Shown here: positions 9,457 through 18,677 of the stretch, piece after piece
Numbering within the stretch: the stretch's first letter is position 1
How the letters are laid out: each line of letters starts with the position of its first letter
NCBI RefSeq assembly: GCF_009372235.1
Contig: NZ_ML762922.1
Span: 205,503 to 235,502 of the forward strand
Length of the DNA stretch: 30,000 nt
DNA from: Dickeya oryzae
GTDB lineage: Bacteria; Pseudomonadota; Gammaproteobacteria; Enterobacterales; Enterobacteriaceae
Reading direction: 5' to 3'
Notes under the pieces: generated by a model
Told to the model about the DNA's origin: nothing
Seen by the model: the letters and a program-made list of their open reading frames with translations, nothing else
The model's database searches: none
Position numbers and translations under genes: made by a program

Positions 9457-10356
9457 TTATAGCGATAGCAAACGATCAAGAGAAGGCGCGAAGAAGTAGC
9501 TACCGCTGACTGCACGGGTAAAACGCAGCATCTCGTCACGTTTGCCGTCACGGTCGCCGAACATACTCAACAATTGCTGTTCAATATTGTGAAGACGGGC
9601 GCAGTACGCCGCGAAATACAAGCCGTGCTTACCGCTGGCGGTACCATAAGGCAGGCTCTGGCGCAGAATTTTCAGCCCTTTGCCATCCTCTTTCAGATCG
9701 ACACGGCTCAGGTGTGAGGTTATTGGCCGCGCGTCGGACGACAGTTCTTCATTGTCTTGCTTCGTGCGACCGATCATCTGTTCCTGCTGTTCGACGCTCA
9801 TGCGGTTCAACTGGCGCAGATTATGCTCCCAGCGCTGAACAAACACATAGCTGCCACCCTCACCTGCCTGACCATCCGGTACGATGGCCACATCGCGACG
9901 CGTATCGCCTTGCGGGTTCTCGGTACCATCAACAAAACCGCTCAGATCGCGGTCTTCCACCCAACGAAAACCGTGGGTTTCTTCTTCGATGTTGATGGTA
10001 TTGCCAAACGCAGCCAGCACCGCCTGCGCCAGTGAAAAATTGACGTCATGACGTAGCGACTGGATGTGAATCAGCATATCGCGCTGGGTCGCAGGAGCCA
10101 GCCCGTTACCCAACGGCGTGAAGGGTTTTAGCTCCTGCGCGCTGTTATCGCAGTCCAGCTCACGCCAGACATCGTAGCCAAATGCGATCACCGCGCCGAG
10201 CCCCGCGTCAGGGAAGCGCTGCTGTAACTCACTCAGCGCCTGACAAAACTTCTTGCAACCCTGGCGGATGGCATCAAATTCGCCCTGTACCATAGCCTCC
10301 ATGAAGATGGCAAAACGGCGATGCTCCAGCAAAATACCGCTTTGAATTTGTGTCAT
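9457..10356 (-). CDS. yfeX: Dye-decolorizing (DyP-type) peroxidase / porphyrinogen oxidase YfeX
   Basis: 299 aa from ATG 10356 (SD GAGGAAG): [12 protein letters not shown]...[23 protein letters not shown]...[21 protein letters not shown]...[22 protein letters not shown]. Same length as, and colinear with, E. coli YfeX. Confidence 0.9.
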   Translation of the reverse strand: MTQIQSGILLEHRRFAIFMEAMVQGEFDAIRQGCKKFCQALSELQQRFPDAGLGAVIAFGYDVWRELDCDNSAQELKPFTPLGNGLAPATQRDMLIHIQSLRHDVNFSLAQAVLAAFGNTINIEEETHGFRWVEDRDLSGFVDGTENPQGDTRRDVAIVPDGQAGEGGSYVFVQRWEHNLRQLNRMSVEQQEQMIGRTKQDNEELSSDARPITSHLSRVDLKEDGKGLKILRQSLPYGTASGKHGLYFAAYCARLHNIEQQLLSMFGDRDGKRDEMLRFTRAVSGSYFFAPSLDRLLSL

Positions 10357-10431
10357 CTGTTGCTTCCTCACTCGGTGCAGTTTCTTTTACGCTGACAAAA
10401 CTATGCCGGACGGCTATCTCAATACTGCGTC

Positions 10432-10462
10432 AAAAAAATACGGGGCGCGACCTGCACGCCCC
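10432..10462 (-). terminator. Probable rho-independent terminator of the LuxR-permease operon
   Basis: On the - strand: GGGGCG (10462-10457), 9-nt loop, CGCCCC (10447-10442), followed by GTATTTTTTT. It lies about 110 nt after the permease stop. Confidence 0.55.
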
Positions 10463-10574
10463 AATCGGATTCACATCATATCAAACGATGTTGACGATAA
10501 CAGGATAACCTTACCAATAAAGGTAGAAATCGCAGGTGACTGTTTTTGCAAGGATGATCATCACAGACTACCGA

Positions 10575-11870
10575 TTACTCCGCGTAAACGGGTTTCGGTG
10601 CCGGGGCAGCCACCTTGATGACCCAATACACGACACTGGCTGCCAGTAACGAGTTCAGGGCCGGAACACCCCATTCGGTGAACAGTCCAATGGCGCTCCC
10701 TGCCAGACTGGCGATCATCGCCGACCAGCCGATAGGTGGCGTACTGGCGGCATCTGGCAACTCACCGCGTTGGCGGCTTTCGTCCAGCACGCTCCGGCTG
10801 GTACGCAAAATATAGTAATCCACCAGCATGACGCCAATTACCGGTGGGAAGAACACCCCCAACAAGGTCAGGAAATCCACAAACCGGTCCAGAATACCGA
10901 TCACCGACAGGAAAGTGCCGATGAAACCTATCAGTAACGTGATGGATTTATAGCTCAGCTTTCTGCCAGTGATGCCCTCAACCGCATTCGCAATCCCCAG
11001 CGATGAGGAATACAAATTGATGTCGTTGATACGCAACGTGGAGAAAATGACGGTAATCAACCCGATACCGCCCGCCGTTTGCGACATGATAGTCACGATG
11101 TCGGCGGTATTCAGCGCACGGGCAATCAGTATTGCCAGCCCGTTAACGACAAATTCGCCGATAATAATAGACAGCATGGTAATCCAGAAAACATGCCACC
11201 CACGACGGGAGTAACGGGTCATGTCGGGGGTAATCAGGCTCGCTACGATGCAACCGCCGACCACCATGGTCGCCCCGGCACTCACGGATATGGCCTCACC
11301 AGACACGCCCTTTTGCAGCAGTTCGGTAATGTTGTGGCCGGTGAGCGTCATAAACGAAATATAACCGACGACCATGATAAACAGCGGCACCGCAATTCTG
11401 GCGGTATACCGCAGCGCGCTAAAACCAAACGTGACTAACAACGTCAACGCACAACCAGAAAGTGCGGCCGACCAGCCGAACCCCAGTCGGTCGCCCAATG
11501 CAAAATTGAGTGATTTGGCAAACACGGCGTTTTGCACACCGAACCAACCCAACAGGCTGACAGCGATAATAGCGCCGATAAATACCGCACCGATGCGACC
11601 AAACCCACACCAGCGCGCCAGCAAACTCCCGGACAACCCTTCCTTCATGCCCGCGTAACCTAACCCCAGCGTTACAACGCCAAATATCGCACTGCCGATG
11701 GCAATAGCCAGAAACGCATCGCCGAGTGTCATCGAATGCCCCAGCACCGCACCCAACATAAACTGATCCAGTGCGGTCAGCATCCCTATATGCACCAACG
11801 CCACATTGAAAAACGGCAGTCGAACAGACATGGGAACCCGGCTTACCGGGTAGTCATCAATATTTTCCAT
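10575..11870 (-). CDS. NCS1-family (purine-cytosine/CodB-like) permease. Substrate unknown.
   Basis: About 431 aa from ATG 11870 (MENIDDYPVSRVP...), with about 12 hydrophobic segments. The layout is typical of cytosine/purine/hydantoin permeases. AGGGA SD; only 14 nt downstream of the LuxR-type gene's stop. Confidence 0.8.
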   Translation of the reverse strand: MENIDDYPVSRVPMSVRLPFFNVALVHIGMLTALDQFMLGAVLGHSMTLGDAFLAIAIGSAIFGVVTLGLGYAGMKEGLSGSLLARWCGFGRIGAVFIGAIIAVSLLGWFGVQNAVFAKSLNFALGDRLGFGWSAALSGCALTLLVTFGFSALRYTARIAVPLFIMVVGYISFMTLTGHNITELLQKGVSGEAISVSAGATMVVGGCIVASLITPDMTRYSRRGWHVFWITMLSIIIGEFVVNGLAILIARALNTADIVTIMSQTAGGIGLITVIFSTLRINDINLYSSSLGIANAVEGITGRKLSYKSITLLIGFIGTFLSVIGILDRFVDFLTLLGVFFPPVIGVMLVDYYILRTSRSVLDESRQRGELPDAASTPPIGWSAMIASLAGSAIGLFTEWGVPALNSLLAASVVYWVIKVAAPAPKPVYAE

Positions 11871-11884
11871 TGCCGCTATCCCTG

Positions 11885-12565
11885 CTAGATAAATAGGATC
11901 CCTTTCGTCAACAATGAGTGAGGTATAAAACTCTCCAGGCCCTGTTGATAGCAAAACTCTTCAAACTGATTGAACGAATGCACACCCGCTTTTTGATACA
12001 TACTTTGTATTCTGTTCTCGATAGTTCTCTTGGACAGGTTGAACTGTTTCGCAATTTCTTTGCTGGAAAAACGCCGCAAGACCAGGAAAAGCGTATCCAG
12101 TTCAGCACGGGTAAAAAGATCGGTGGTTATTTCGGTTTTCAGTACGGTTGGCTTGCGCCGATCGATATGAATCAGAGGTGATAATGTGGTCATCGGCCGG
12201 GCATTCCATAAAATGCCCACACACTCTTTGGCTGGATTAAAGAGCGGAATTTTTTCACTAATGAATGGTGACAGCTCCGCCTTGCCAAACCAATAGTGTG
12301 TTTCTATAACGGTAACCCGTTCAGCCCGATTCTCCGTTCGACGGTCGTGTTCAATAAAATCATCCGACAGTTCAGCCCAGGCTATCGGAAACTCGTCGTC
12401 GGATTTTCCCTCAATATCAAAATTCACCGGCGTATTCGTGTAACTGTACGCCGACGTATTCATATACACATGGCGAGAAGCCAGATCCTTGATTCCCCAC
12501 GGTTCGCTCAGACTATCCAGTAAGGGAATAAACGAGCGAAGATAATCCGGTGATTCATTTATCAT
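11885..12565 (-). CDS. LuxR/FixJ-family HTH transcriptional regulator with an N-terminal PAS-like sensor domain. Not an AHL-receptor type as far as I can tell.
   Basis: The C-terminus FTRAELDTLFLVLRRFSSKEIAKQFNLSKRTIENRIQSMYQKAGV is a GerE/LuxR HTH. Start set at ATG 12565 (MINESPDYL...). The track's start at 12598 is a TTG, and the true start is uncertain. The gene is AT-rich compared with its neighbours. Confidence 0.75.
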   Translation of the reverse strand: MINESPDYLRSFIPLLDSLSEPWGIKDLASRHVYMNTSAYSYTNTPVNFDIEGKSDDEFPIAWAELSDDFIEHDRRTENRAERVTVIETHYWFGKAELSPFISEKIPLFNPAKECVGILWNARPMTTLSPLIHIDRRKPTVLKTEITTDLFTRAELDTLFLVLRRFSSKEIAKQFNLSKRTIENRIQSMYQKAGVHSFNQFEEFCYQQGLESFIPHSLLTKGILFI

Positions 12566-12846
12566 AAAAAATATCTCGCACACCAATATACTCACCAAAA
12601 AATAATAAACAAATGCAATTAGTTTTATATGTAATTCTTTGATTGAAGAAATTGAATGAAAATTTCAATAAAACCCATGCAAAACCACAAATTATTATCA
12701 TCCTAATTAATCACCTCCATCACATAATACAAAAGCTTATAAGATATTTTTTAATTCAAGAGTATTTTTTACCTATACAAATATGTAATAGTAATCGCCC
12801 GTCACAAAAAATAGCAATCAGTCATAGCTAGCGAGGATAGATATAA

Positions 12847-13131
12847 ATGCGCTCAAGGAGAACAGACTGGCATTCAGCTGATATTATTGCAGCTTTAAGA
12901 AAGAAGGGGACGTCTCTCTCTGCGGTATCCCGACAGGCAGGGTTAAGCTCTACAACGTTGGCAAACACCTTATACCGTCCCTGGCCGAAAGGGGAACTGT
13001 TGATAGCCAGGGCATTAGGGGTTGGCCCGGAAGAGATCTGGCCAAGTCGCTATTATGACCCGCAAACCGATACGTTAATTGATCGTCAAAAGCTGATGCG
13101 TAACAAATCCAGCCGGCACATTGCAGGTTAA
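12847..13131 (+). CDS. sfsB: Ner/Nlp (SfsB)-family small HTH DNA-binding protein
   Basis: 94 aa: ...DWHSADIIAALRKKGTSLSAVSRQAGLSSTTLANTLYRPWPKGELLIARALGVGPEEIWPSRYYDPQT.... This closely parallels E. coli Nlp/SfsB (DWHPADIIAGLRKKGTS...STLANALSRPWPKGE...IWPSRYHDPQT). GAGGA SD lies 9 nt upstream. It could be a paralogue rather than the orthologue. Confidence 0.75.
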   Translation: MRSRRTDWHSADIIAALRKKGTSLSAVSRQAGLSSTTLANTLYRPWPKGELLIARALGVGPEEIWPSRYYDPQTDTLIDRQKLMRNKSSRHIAG

Positions 13132-13303
13132 TACGTTATTGTCGCGAAACACAGAGCACGCTTATTTTCAAAACGTTCAATAATAACACTGCTCAGCATT
13201 GGCATGACGTAAAAACCTAACCCGAAGAGGTTCCCCGGGTCAGGCATTCAAATAATGCAGATAATGTATTCCCCTGTGCCAGATAGACACATCAGGGACG
13301 GTG

Positions 13304-14986
13304 TTATACGTGCAGGGTGGTACCTGAAATCGCGGACGCCACGGTGTCGGCTTGCGACACGACCAGACCCAAACGCTGGATGATGTCCTGTCGCAACAGA
13401 TATTTCCTGATTTTCCCTGACGCGGTGCGGGGCAGATGGTCAATCACCACCAGATGCTCGGGGTATTTATACTTGGCGACACGCTTGCGGCCGAAAAAAG
13501 CGATCACCTCTTCCAGTATCAGCGTATGGTAGGGTTCCTTCAGTACGACGTAAGCGCAGGTACGTTCGCCCAGGCGCTCATCCGGCATGGCAACAACACC
13601 CGCATCACGCACCCGTGGGTGTTGCAAGAGAATTTCCTCCACCTCCCGACTGCTGATGTTTTCACCGCCACGGACAATAATGTCCTTCTTCCGACCGGTG
13701 ATCTTGATATAGCCCGCCTCATCCATACGGCACAAATCACCACTGTAATACCAGCCTTCGTCGTCCAGCGCTCTCGCCGTCAGTTCAGGTTCGTCCAGAT
13801 AGCCCATAAACACCTGGGGGCCACGGGAAGCCTCCTCCCCTTCATCACCGCAAGGTACTGTCTGCCGATGCTTATCAACCACCCGAATTTCAACACCAGC
13901 GACAGCCGTGCCATCGGTATTAACCACGCGGGACAGCGGATCATCCAGCTTAACCACAGCGTGGGGCGAGCTTTCCGTCGCACCATACACACTCAGCAGC
14001 TTGATGCCAGCTTGCAGACAGTCGCGGGTGATTTTTTTCGGGATCGTGGTGCCGCCGCACAGGAAAAAGCGCAGTGACGACAGATCGTAAGGGTGCTGCT
14101 GTACGGTACACAGCAAGTCATAGACGAACGGCGTCGCCCCCAGTACGCAGGTACAGCGCTCCCGTTCCAGTAAGGTGAGGCAGTGTGTCGGATTGAAGAT
14201 ATCCAGCAGCACACTGTGGCCCCCAATCAAGAATGGCAGGGTGACGCCGTGCAGAAACCCCGTCGCGTGCGCCAGCGGTGCTGGCATCAGGATGGTGTCC
14301 AGCCAGTTCAGATTAAGAGTGGCAGCGTAAGCTCGCTCACTGGCGAGAATATTGTTGTGGGTCAGCATTACTCCCTTGGGTACGCCTTCCGTGCCGGAGG
14401 TGAACAACACCGCAGCCAGTTCGTCACCGTTGACGCTGACCGGTTGCGCCAGCGGTAGGTAGTCCTGCAACAGTTGGCTAAGCGCTGGCGTCGAGGTCGC
14501 GGGTGCCAGTTTATCCACCGCTACCAGATGCTCTAAATACGGCAGTTGCTCGCGCAATGGCGTAATCAGTTCCAGCGGGCTGCTGTTTTTGAACCAGGTC
14601 GGCACAAACAACATGCGCGCCTGACTCTTGTTAAGAGTCCAGATCAACTCCGTCTCACGGTAGGCAGGCAGCAGCGGAACCGATACCGCGCCGACTTTCA
14701 GGCAGGCCAGATAGATTAACGTGAACTCGCTCCAGCCGGGAAGCTGGAACGCCACCCGGTCGCCGGGCATAATACCGCAAGCCAGCAAATACGCGGCCAG
14801 GCTCGCGGCAGCGCGGTCCAGTTCGGCGTAGGTATAGGTCGCACCTTGATTGTCGATAACGGCAATTTTGTCAGGTGCCGCCTTTACCGACTGGTGCCAG
14901 TAATCGCCAAGCGACGCGTCCCCCCAGTACCCCAGCCGCCGATAGCGCTCGCGGCGTTCGGCGTTAAATTTTATTGTGACCGTCAT
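13304..14986 (-). CDS. fadK: Short/medium-chain acyl-CoA synthetase FadK (YdiD)
   Basis: 560 aa: MTVTIKFNAERRERYRRLGYWGDASLGDYWHQ...VLFTSGTEGVPKGVMLTHNNILASERAY...GWYYSGDLCRMDEAGYIKITGRKKDIIVRGGENISSREVE...PRTASGKIRKYLLR. Colinear with E. coli FadK, and last gene of the ydiQRST-fadK arrangement. Confidence 0.93.
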   Translation of the reverse strand: MTVTIKFNAERRERYRRLGYWGDASLGDYWHQSVKAAPDKIAVIDNQGATYTYAELDRAAASLAAYLLACGIMPGDRVAFQLPGWSEFTLIYLACLKVGAVSVPLLPAYRETELIWTLNKSQARMLFVPTWFKNSSPLELITPLREQLPYLEHLVAVDKLAPATSTPALSQLLQDYLPLAQPVSVNGDELAAVLFTSGTEGVPKGVMLTHNNILASERAYAATLNLNWLDTILMPAPLAHATGFLHGVTLPFLIGGHSVLLDIFNPTHCLTLLERERCTCVLGATPFVYDLLCTVQQHPYDLSSLRFFLCGGTTIPKKITRDCLQAGIKLLSVYGATESSPHAVVKLDDPLSRVVNTDGTAVAGVEIRVVDKHRQTVPCGDEGEEASRGPQVFMGYLDEPELTARALDDEGWYYSGDLCRMDEAGYIKITGRKKDIIVRGGENISSREVEEILLQHPRVRDAGVVAMPDERLGERTCAYVVLKEPYHTLILEEVIAFFGRKRVAKYKYPEHLVVIDHLPRTASGKIRKYLLRQDIIQRLGLVVSQADTVASAISGTTLHV

Positions 14987-15142
14987 GATGTTATCTCTGT
15001 TTTATACACGGCCGCGCTATCGTGAAAGGCTTGCACGGTATCGAGCCATTCCATCATCCATCACCGACACGACGACCTCTCGTTGCAGGTGAGCACAGAC
15101 CAGACAGAACGACTGGCTGGCCCCACTGCTGACGTGAACGTC

Positions 15143-15436
15143 TCAGCCAAAACGGAACTCGATACCGAACGTGCCCTGGGGATACTCCCATTTTTCCAGA
15201 ATCGTATCGCCGCACAGTACCCGACAGGTGCCACACTCCAGGCAGCCAGCGTAATCAAAGTGGATATTGCCTTCGCCGTCCTGCTTATAAAGCCCCGCCG
15301 GGCAGGCTTTCACCAATTTGTTGAACTGCTCTTGCGCCGGTTTATCCATCAGCACGATATGCGGATTGCCTTCATCAACATGGAATTTGTTGATGCCCAG
15401 TTTGACGTCAACATTGACACTATTTTCGTTGCTCAT
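15143..15436 (-). CDS. ydiT: FixX-like ferredoxin-like protein YdiT
   Basis: 97 aa: ...KACPAGLYKQDGEGNIHFDYAGCLECGTCRVLCG...WEYPQGTFGIEFRFG. ATGA overlap with the ydiS stop (15433-15436). Confidence 0.93.
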   Translation of the reverse strand: MSNENSVNVDVKLGINKFHVDEGNPHIVLMDKPAQEQFNKLVKACPAGLYKQDGEGNIHFDYAGCLECGTCRVLCGDTILEKWEYPQGTFGIEFRFG

Positions 15437-16722
15437 AGCGCGGTCGCTCCCTTGATGCCATCTTTCAATAGATTCATCAGTCCCACCTGTTTGGCACGAC
15501 CCAGGATTTTTGAGCGCATGGATTTGCTGGGGCCACCATCAATAATGAACATGTCGCTCATGATGTCGGCTATCATGCGCGGGTACTGGGTGAACATACG
15601 CGGGTTTTCCATCAGTGCTGGCAGCTTGCGGTAGCGGTGCATGTCTTGTAGCACGAAGCTCTGCTCCAGAGTCTTGCGGTATCCGGCCAGCCCATCGGCG
15701 GAAAAGTCCTGCCTGTTTTTCGCGTCAATGGCGGTCAATGCCGCTGCCTCTGCTGATGCGATGGCCAGGTCCATTCCCCGCACGGTATACCCCAGATTGA
15801 GGCACAGCCCCGCGGCGTCACCCACGATCATCACACCATCGCCCGCCAGTTGCGGCACCATATCCAGCCCCCCTTCCGGTACCACATGCGCGGAATACTC
15901 CCGCAGAGTGCCCCCTTGAATCAGCGGTCGGATAGCCGGGTGCTGCTTAAAATCTTCCAGCATCTGCGGCACGCTCTTGGTGGCGTGATCGATATCGCCC
16001 AAGCCACAGACCAGCCCCAATGAAATCGTATCCCGGTTGGTGTAAAGGAAGCCGCCACCCATCAGGCCGTTTGATGGCGATCCGGCAAACAGCCAGGCCG
16101 CGCCTTCGCCCGCGACGAGAGTAAAGCGGTCTTCAATCACAGAGGACGGCAGTGCAATCAGCTCTTTAACACCGACCGCATAATGGTGCGGTGATGACGG
16201 CTGTACCATGCCGATAGAACGCCCCAGCAGCGAATTGACACCTTCGGCCAGAATCACGATGTTGGCTTCCAGTACGTCGTCACCCGCCTGTACGCCGACT
16301 ACCCGGTTGCCCTCGCGGACCAGAGAATCGACCCGCACGCCGGGAATAAACTGTGCGCCCGCTGCTTCCGCTTTTTCCATCAGCCACGGGTCAAACAAAT
16401 TGCGCAATACGGTGTAGGAAGCCTTCGATGCGATATCTGGCTGTTCGCTGTGGTAATCCATCGTGATCGCGCTTTCTTCAGTGAGAAAGGAGATTTTTTC
16501 CCGGGTCACCTTGCGTTCGACAGGCGCCTCCTGCGCAAAGCCCGGCATAATCTTCTCCAGACTGTGCGCATAAAGACGCCCACCGGTCATGTTTTTGCTG
16601 CCCGCCGAGTTGCCACGCTCAATCACCAACACGTCCAACCCGGCTTTCGCCATCACATACCCGGCCACACAACCGGCGACACCCGCACCGACCACGATGG
16701 CATCAAATTTTTCTTCCGACAT
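15433..16722 (-). CDS. ydiS: FixC-like FAD-dependent oxidoreductase (ETF:quinone oxidoreductase-like) YdiS
   Basis: 429 aa: MSEEKFDAIVVGAGVAGCVAGYVMAKAGLDVLVIERG (FAD GxGxxG)...SVPQMLEDFKQHPAIRPLI...LLKDGIKGATAL. Colinear with E. coli YdiS. Confidence 0.95.
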   Translation of the reverse strand: MSEEKFDAIVVGAGVAGCVAGYVMAKAGLDVLVIERGNSAGSKNMTGGRLYAHSLEKIMPGFAQEAPVERKVTREKISFLTEESAITMDYHSEQPDIASKASYTVLRNLFDPWLMEKAEAAGAQFIPGVRVDSLVREGNRVVGVQAGDDVLEANIVILAEGVNSLLGRSIGMVQPSSPHHYAVGVKELIALPSSVIEDRFTLVAGEGAAWLFAGSPSNGLMGGGFLYTNRDTISLGLVCGLGDIDHATKSVPQMLEDFKQHPAIRPLIQGGTLREYSAHVVPEGGLDMVPQLAGDGVMIVGDAAGLCLNLGYTVRGMDLAIASAEAAALTAIDAKNRQDFSADGLAGYRKTLEQSFVLQDMHRYRKLPALMENPRMFTQYPRMIADIMSDMFIIDGGPSKSMRSKILGRAKQVGLMNLLKDGIKGATAL

Positions 16723-16771
16723 AGCGTCGTCTCCTTATCCCGCCACCAGCAGGGCGGCGGGGCCAGTGTCG

Positions 16772-17725
16772 TTAACGGGTCAACTGCTCGATCAGGGCGG
16801 GTACGACTTTGTAGATGTCCCCAACCAGACCGTAATCGGCGTATTTGAAGACGGGCGCGTTTTTGTCTTTGTTGATGGCGATGATGGTTTTCGCACTGTT
16901 GCCACCCACCATATGCTGAATCTGACCGGAGATACCCAGCATCAGATAAAGATCGGATTTCAGCAGCACACCAGAAACGCCGATGTAGCGTTCACGCTCC
17001 ATCCAGTGCTCCCCTTCAGCGATAGGACGGGAACAACCGACTTCTGCGCCGATAGCCGTCGCAAGACCTTGCACCATACGCAGGTCATCCTGAGACGCCA
17101 GACCACGACCAACACCGATGACGCGTTTGGCTTTGCTCAAATCAACGCTACTCACGGATTTCGCACGACGCTCCTTGCACAGAATTTCCTGGCGCGGGGC
17201 AACATAGCTGGCCTGATAGACCGGGCAGTCGTGTGCCGGATTGGCAACAGCAGGCTCTAGCGCGCCGGGTGCCAGCGTGACAATGGCGATCGCGGTGTTG
17301 ATCTTCTCGCGGCCAAAGGCCAGACCACCGTACATGCGGTGTTCAGCAAATACGCCGTCATCGCTTATGCTCAGGGTGGTGACGTCGTTGACCACGGCGG
17401 CATTGAGCAGAATGCTAAGGCGTGCAGCCAGCGCTTTGCCGCGTTTGGTGGAGGACAACAGGATAAGCGACGCGGTACGGGCATCGTCTGCCGGTTTTTC
17501 TACGACGGAAGCCAGCGTTTCGGCATAGTTTTCAATACGCTGATTTTGCGCATTCACGCCCAGAACATAGACGGCGTCCGCCCCCAGGGGTTTGACTGCC
17601 GATACTACGTCGTCATGCTGGACCAGCACATCAACGCGCTCCCCCCACTGACGGGCACCGGCCAGTAAATCGGCATAACGTTCGGTGTTGTCGCTGAACA
17701 CCCATACATTGGCTACTTTACTCAT
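16772..17725 (-). CDS. ydiR: Electron transfer flavoprotein alpha subunit (FixB-like) YdiR
   Basis: 317 aa: MSKVANVWVFSDNTERYADL...VGCSRPIAEGEHWMERERYIGVSGVLLKSDLYLMLGISGQIQHMVGG...VGDIYKVVPALIEQL. Confidence 0.95.
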   Translation of the reverse strand: MSKVANVWVFSDNTERYADLLAGARQWGERVDVLVQHDDVVSAVKPLGADAVYVLGVNAQNQRIENYAETLASVVEKPADDARTASLILLSSTKRGKALAARLSILLNAAVVNDVTTLSISDDGVFAEHRMYGGLAFGREKINTAIAIVTLAPGALEPAVANPAHDCPVYQASYVAPRQEILCKERRAKSVSSVDLSKAKRVIGVGRGLASQDDLRMVQGLATAIGAEVGCSRPIAEGEHWMERERYIGVSGVLLKSDLYLMLGISGQIQHMVGGNSAKTIIAINKDKNAPVFKYADYGLVGDIYKVVPALIEQLTR

Positions 17726-17747
17726 GGTGATTGTTCTCCATTCCGGG

Positions 17748-18512
17748 TTAGTTCAGCACTTTCTTCAGATGTTCAGCCAGTTCAGCCACGGCTTCCGGCG
17801 AATCGCTTTCAATGATGATATGTTTGCGCTCAGCCTGGGGCGGTACATGGATAGCAGCCAGTTCAGTAAAGGGGGACCCGGGCGTCCACTCGATATCACC
17901 AGCTTTCCATTGCGTAACCGGTTTTTTCCCGGCACCGAGAATGGCTTTCATGGAAGGAATGCGGGGGACGTTGATATCAGACGCCACGCACAGCACCGCT
18001 GGCAGCGTCAATTCCAGCACCTCAACGTCCTCTTCCAGCGTGCGCTCAACGATGACGCGGTTACCTTCAAGCTGGATGTTGCTGACCGCGTTGACGGTCG
18101 GTACCTGTAGCAGTTCCCCGGCCAGCAGCCCCACCTGCTGGGCGTACAGATCGCCGGAACCTTCACCGAACAGCATCAAATCGAAGCCGATTTTGCCCGC
18201 TGCAGCGGCAATCGCCTGTGCGGTGTCCTTCGGCTGTGCGTTTTCCAGCCGTTCATCCTGCACCAGACAGAGTTCATGCGGGCCACGCGACAGCACGTCC
18301 TTGCGGACTTTGGAGTTTTCGAGATAGTGGCCCCCCACACAGAGTGCCGTTACCTGACCGTCATCCCCAACCAGTTGGGCCGCCGCTTCAATAGCGTTGA
18401 GGTCAAACTGGCTAATCTTGGCATCAGCGTGGTCGAAATTGAGCGTCCGCTCTGCGGTAACCACAATGTCTTGCTCTTCGGGTACCAGCTTGAAGCAGGT
18501 TATAATTTTCAT
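17748..18512 (-). CDS. ydiQ: Electron transfer flavoprotein beta subunit (FixA-like) YdiQ
   Basis: 254 aa from ATG 18512 (SD AGGAG): MKIITCFKLVPEEQDIVV.... Same length as E. coli YdiQ. The track's start at 18530 adds 6 residues and has no SD. Confidence 0.95.
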   Translation of the reverse strand: MKIITCFKLVPEEQDIVVTAERTLNFDHADAKISQFDLNAIEAAAQLVGDDGQVTALCVGGHYLENSKVRKDVLSRGPHELCLVQDERLENAQPKDTAQAIAAAAGKIGFDLMLFGEGSGDLYAQQVGLLAGELLQVPTVNAVSNIQLEGNRVIVERTLEEDVEVLELTLPAVLCVASDINVPRIPSMKAILGAGKKPVTQWKAGDIEWTPGSPFTELAAIHVPPQAERKHIIIESDSPEAVAELAEHLKKVLN

Positions 18513-18530
18513 GGTATCTCCTATCGGCAA

Positions 18531-18677
18531 TCACAACGATTTGAGTGGGCAACATATTAAGTGGGCAACATAGGCGTCCTTACCTGAATGGTGATCCCCC
18601 AACAGGTCCATAAAACAATTCAGACGGATGCCGCTCGCTGGCAATAAATAATGTGGAGAGATGGGTTGTTGACTCAT
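18531..18677 (-). CDS. Hypothetical 48-codon upstream ORF ending 18 nt before ydiQ. Unverified.
   Basis: My own translation of the - strand: ATG at 18677, preceded by GGAGAAAAAC (SD-like, 6-nt spacing). Product MSQQPISPHYLLPASGIRLNCFMDLLGDHHSGKDAYVAHLICCPLKSL, stop TGA at 18533-18531. It is below the ORF-track length cut-off. I recognise no homology. Confidence 0.25.
   Translation of the reverse strand: MSQQPISPHYLLPASGIRLNCFMDLLGDHHSGKDAYVAHLICCPLKSL
18544..18572. repeat. Tandem direct repeat AGTGGGCAACATA x2 (16-bp period), 32-60 bp upstream of the ydiQ ATG
   Basis: Read directly: 18544-18556 and 18560-18572 are identical 13-mers separated by TTA. The 16-bp units match at 13 of 16 positions. 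Confidence 0.85.

Noticed and set aside
13436-14077. 213-aa + strand ORF inside fadK, and 183-aa ORF 15083..15634 across ydiT/ydiS
   Set aside because: Both are antisense to strongly supported genes. The products are low-complexity (Arg/Gln/His/Ile-rich), and there are no start signals.
14987-15142. 156-bp gap between ydiT and fadK, examined for a small ORF or terminator
   Set aside because: The only ORF is a 14-codon one (MDDGMARYRASLSR) without an SD, and there is no convincing hairpin. It is probably just a spacer or internal promoter region.
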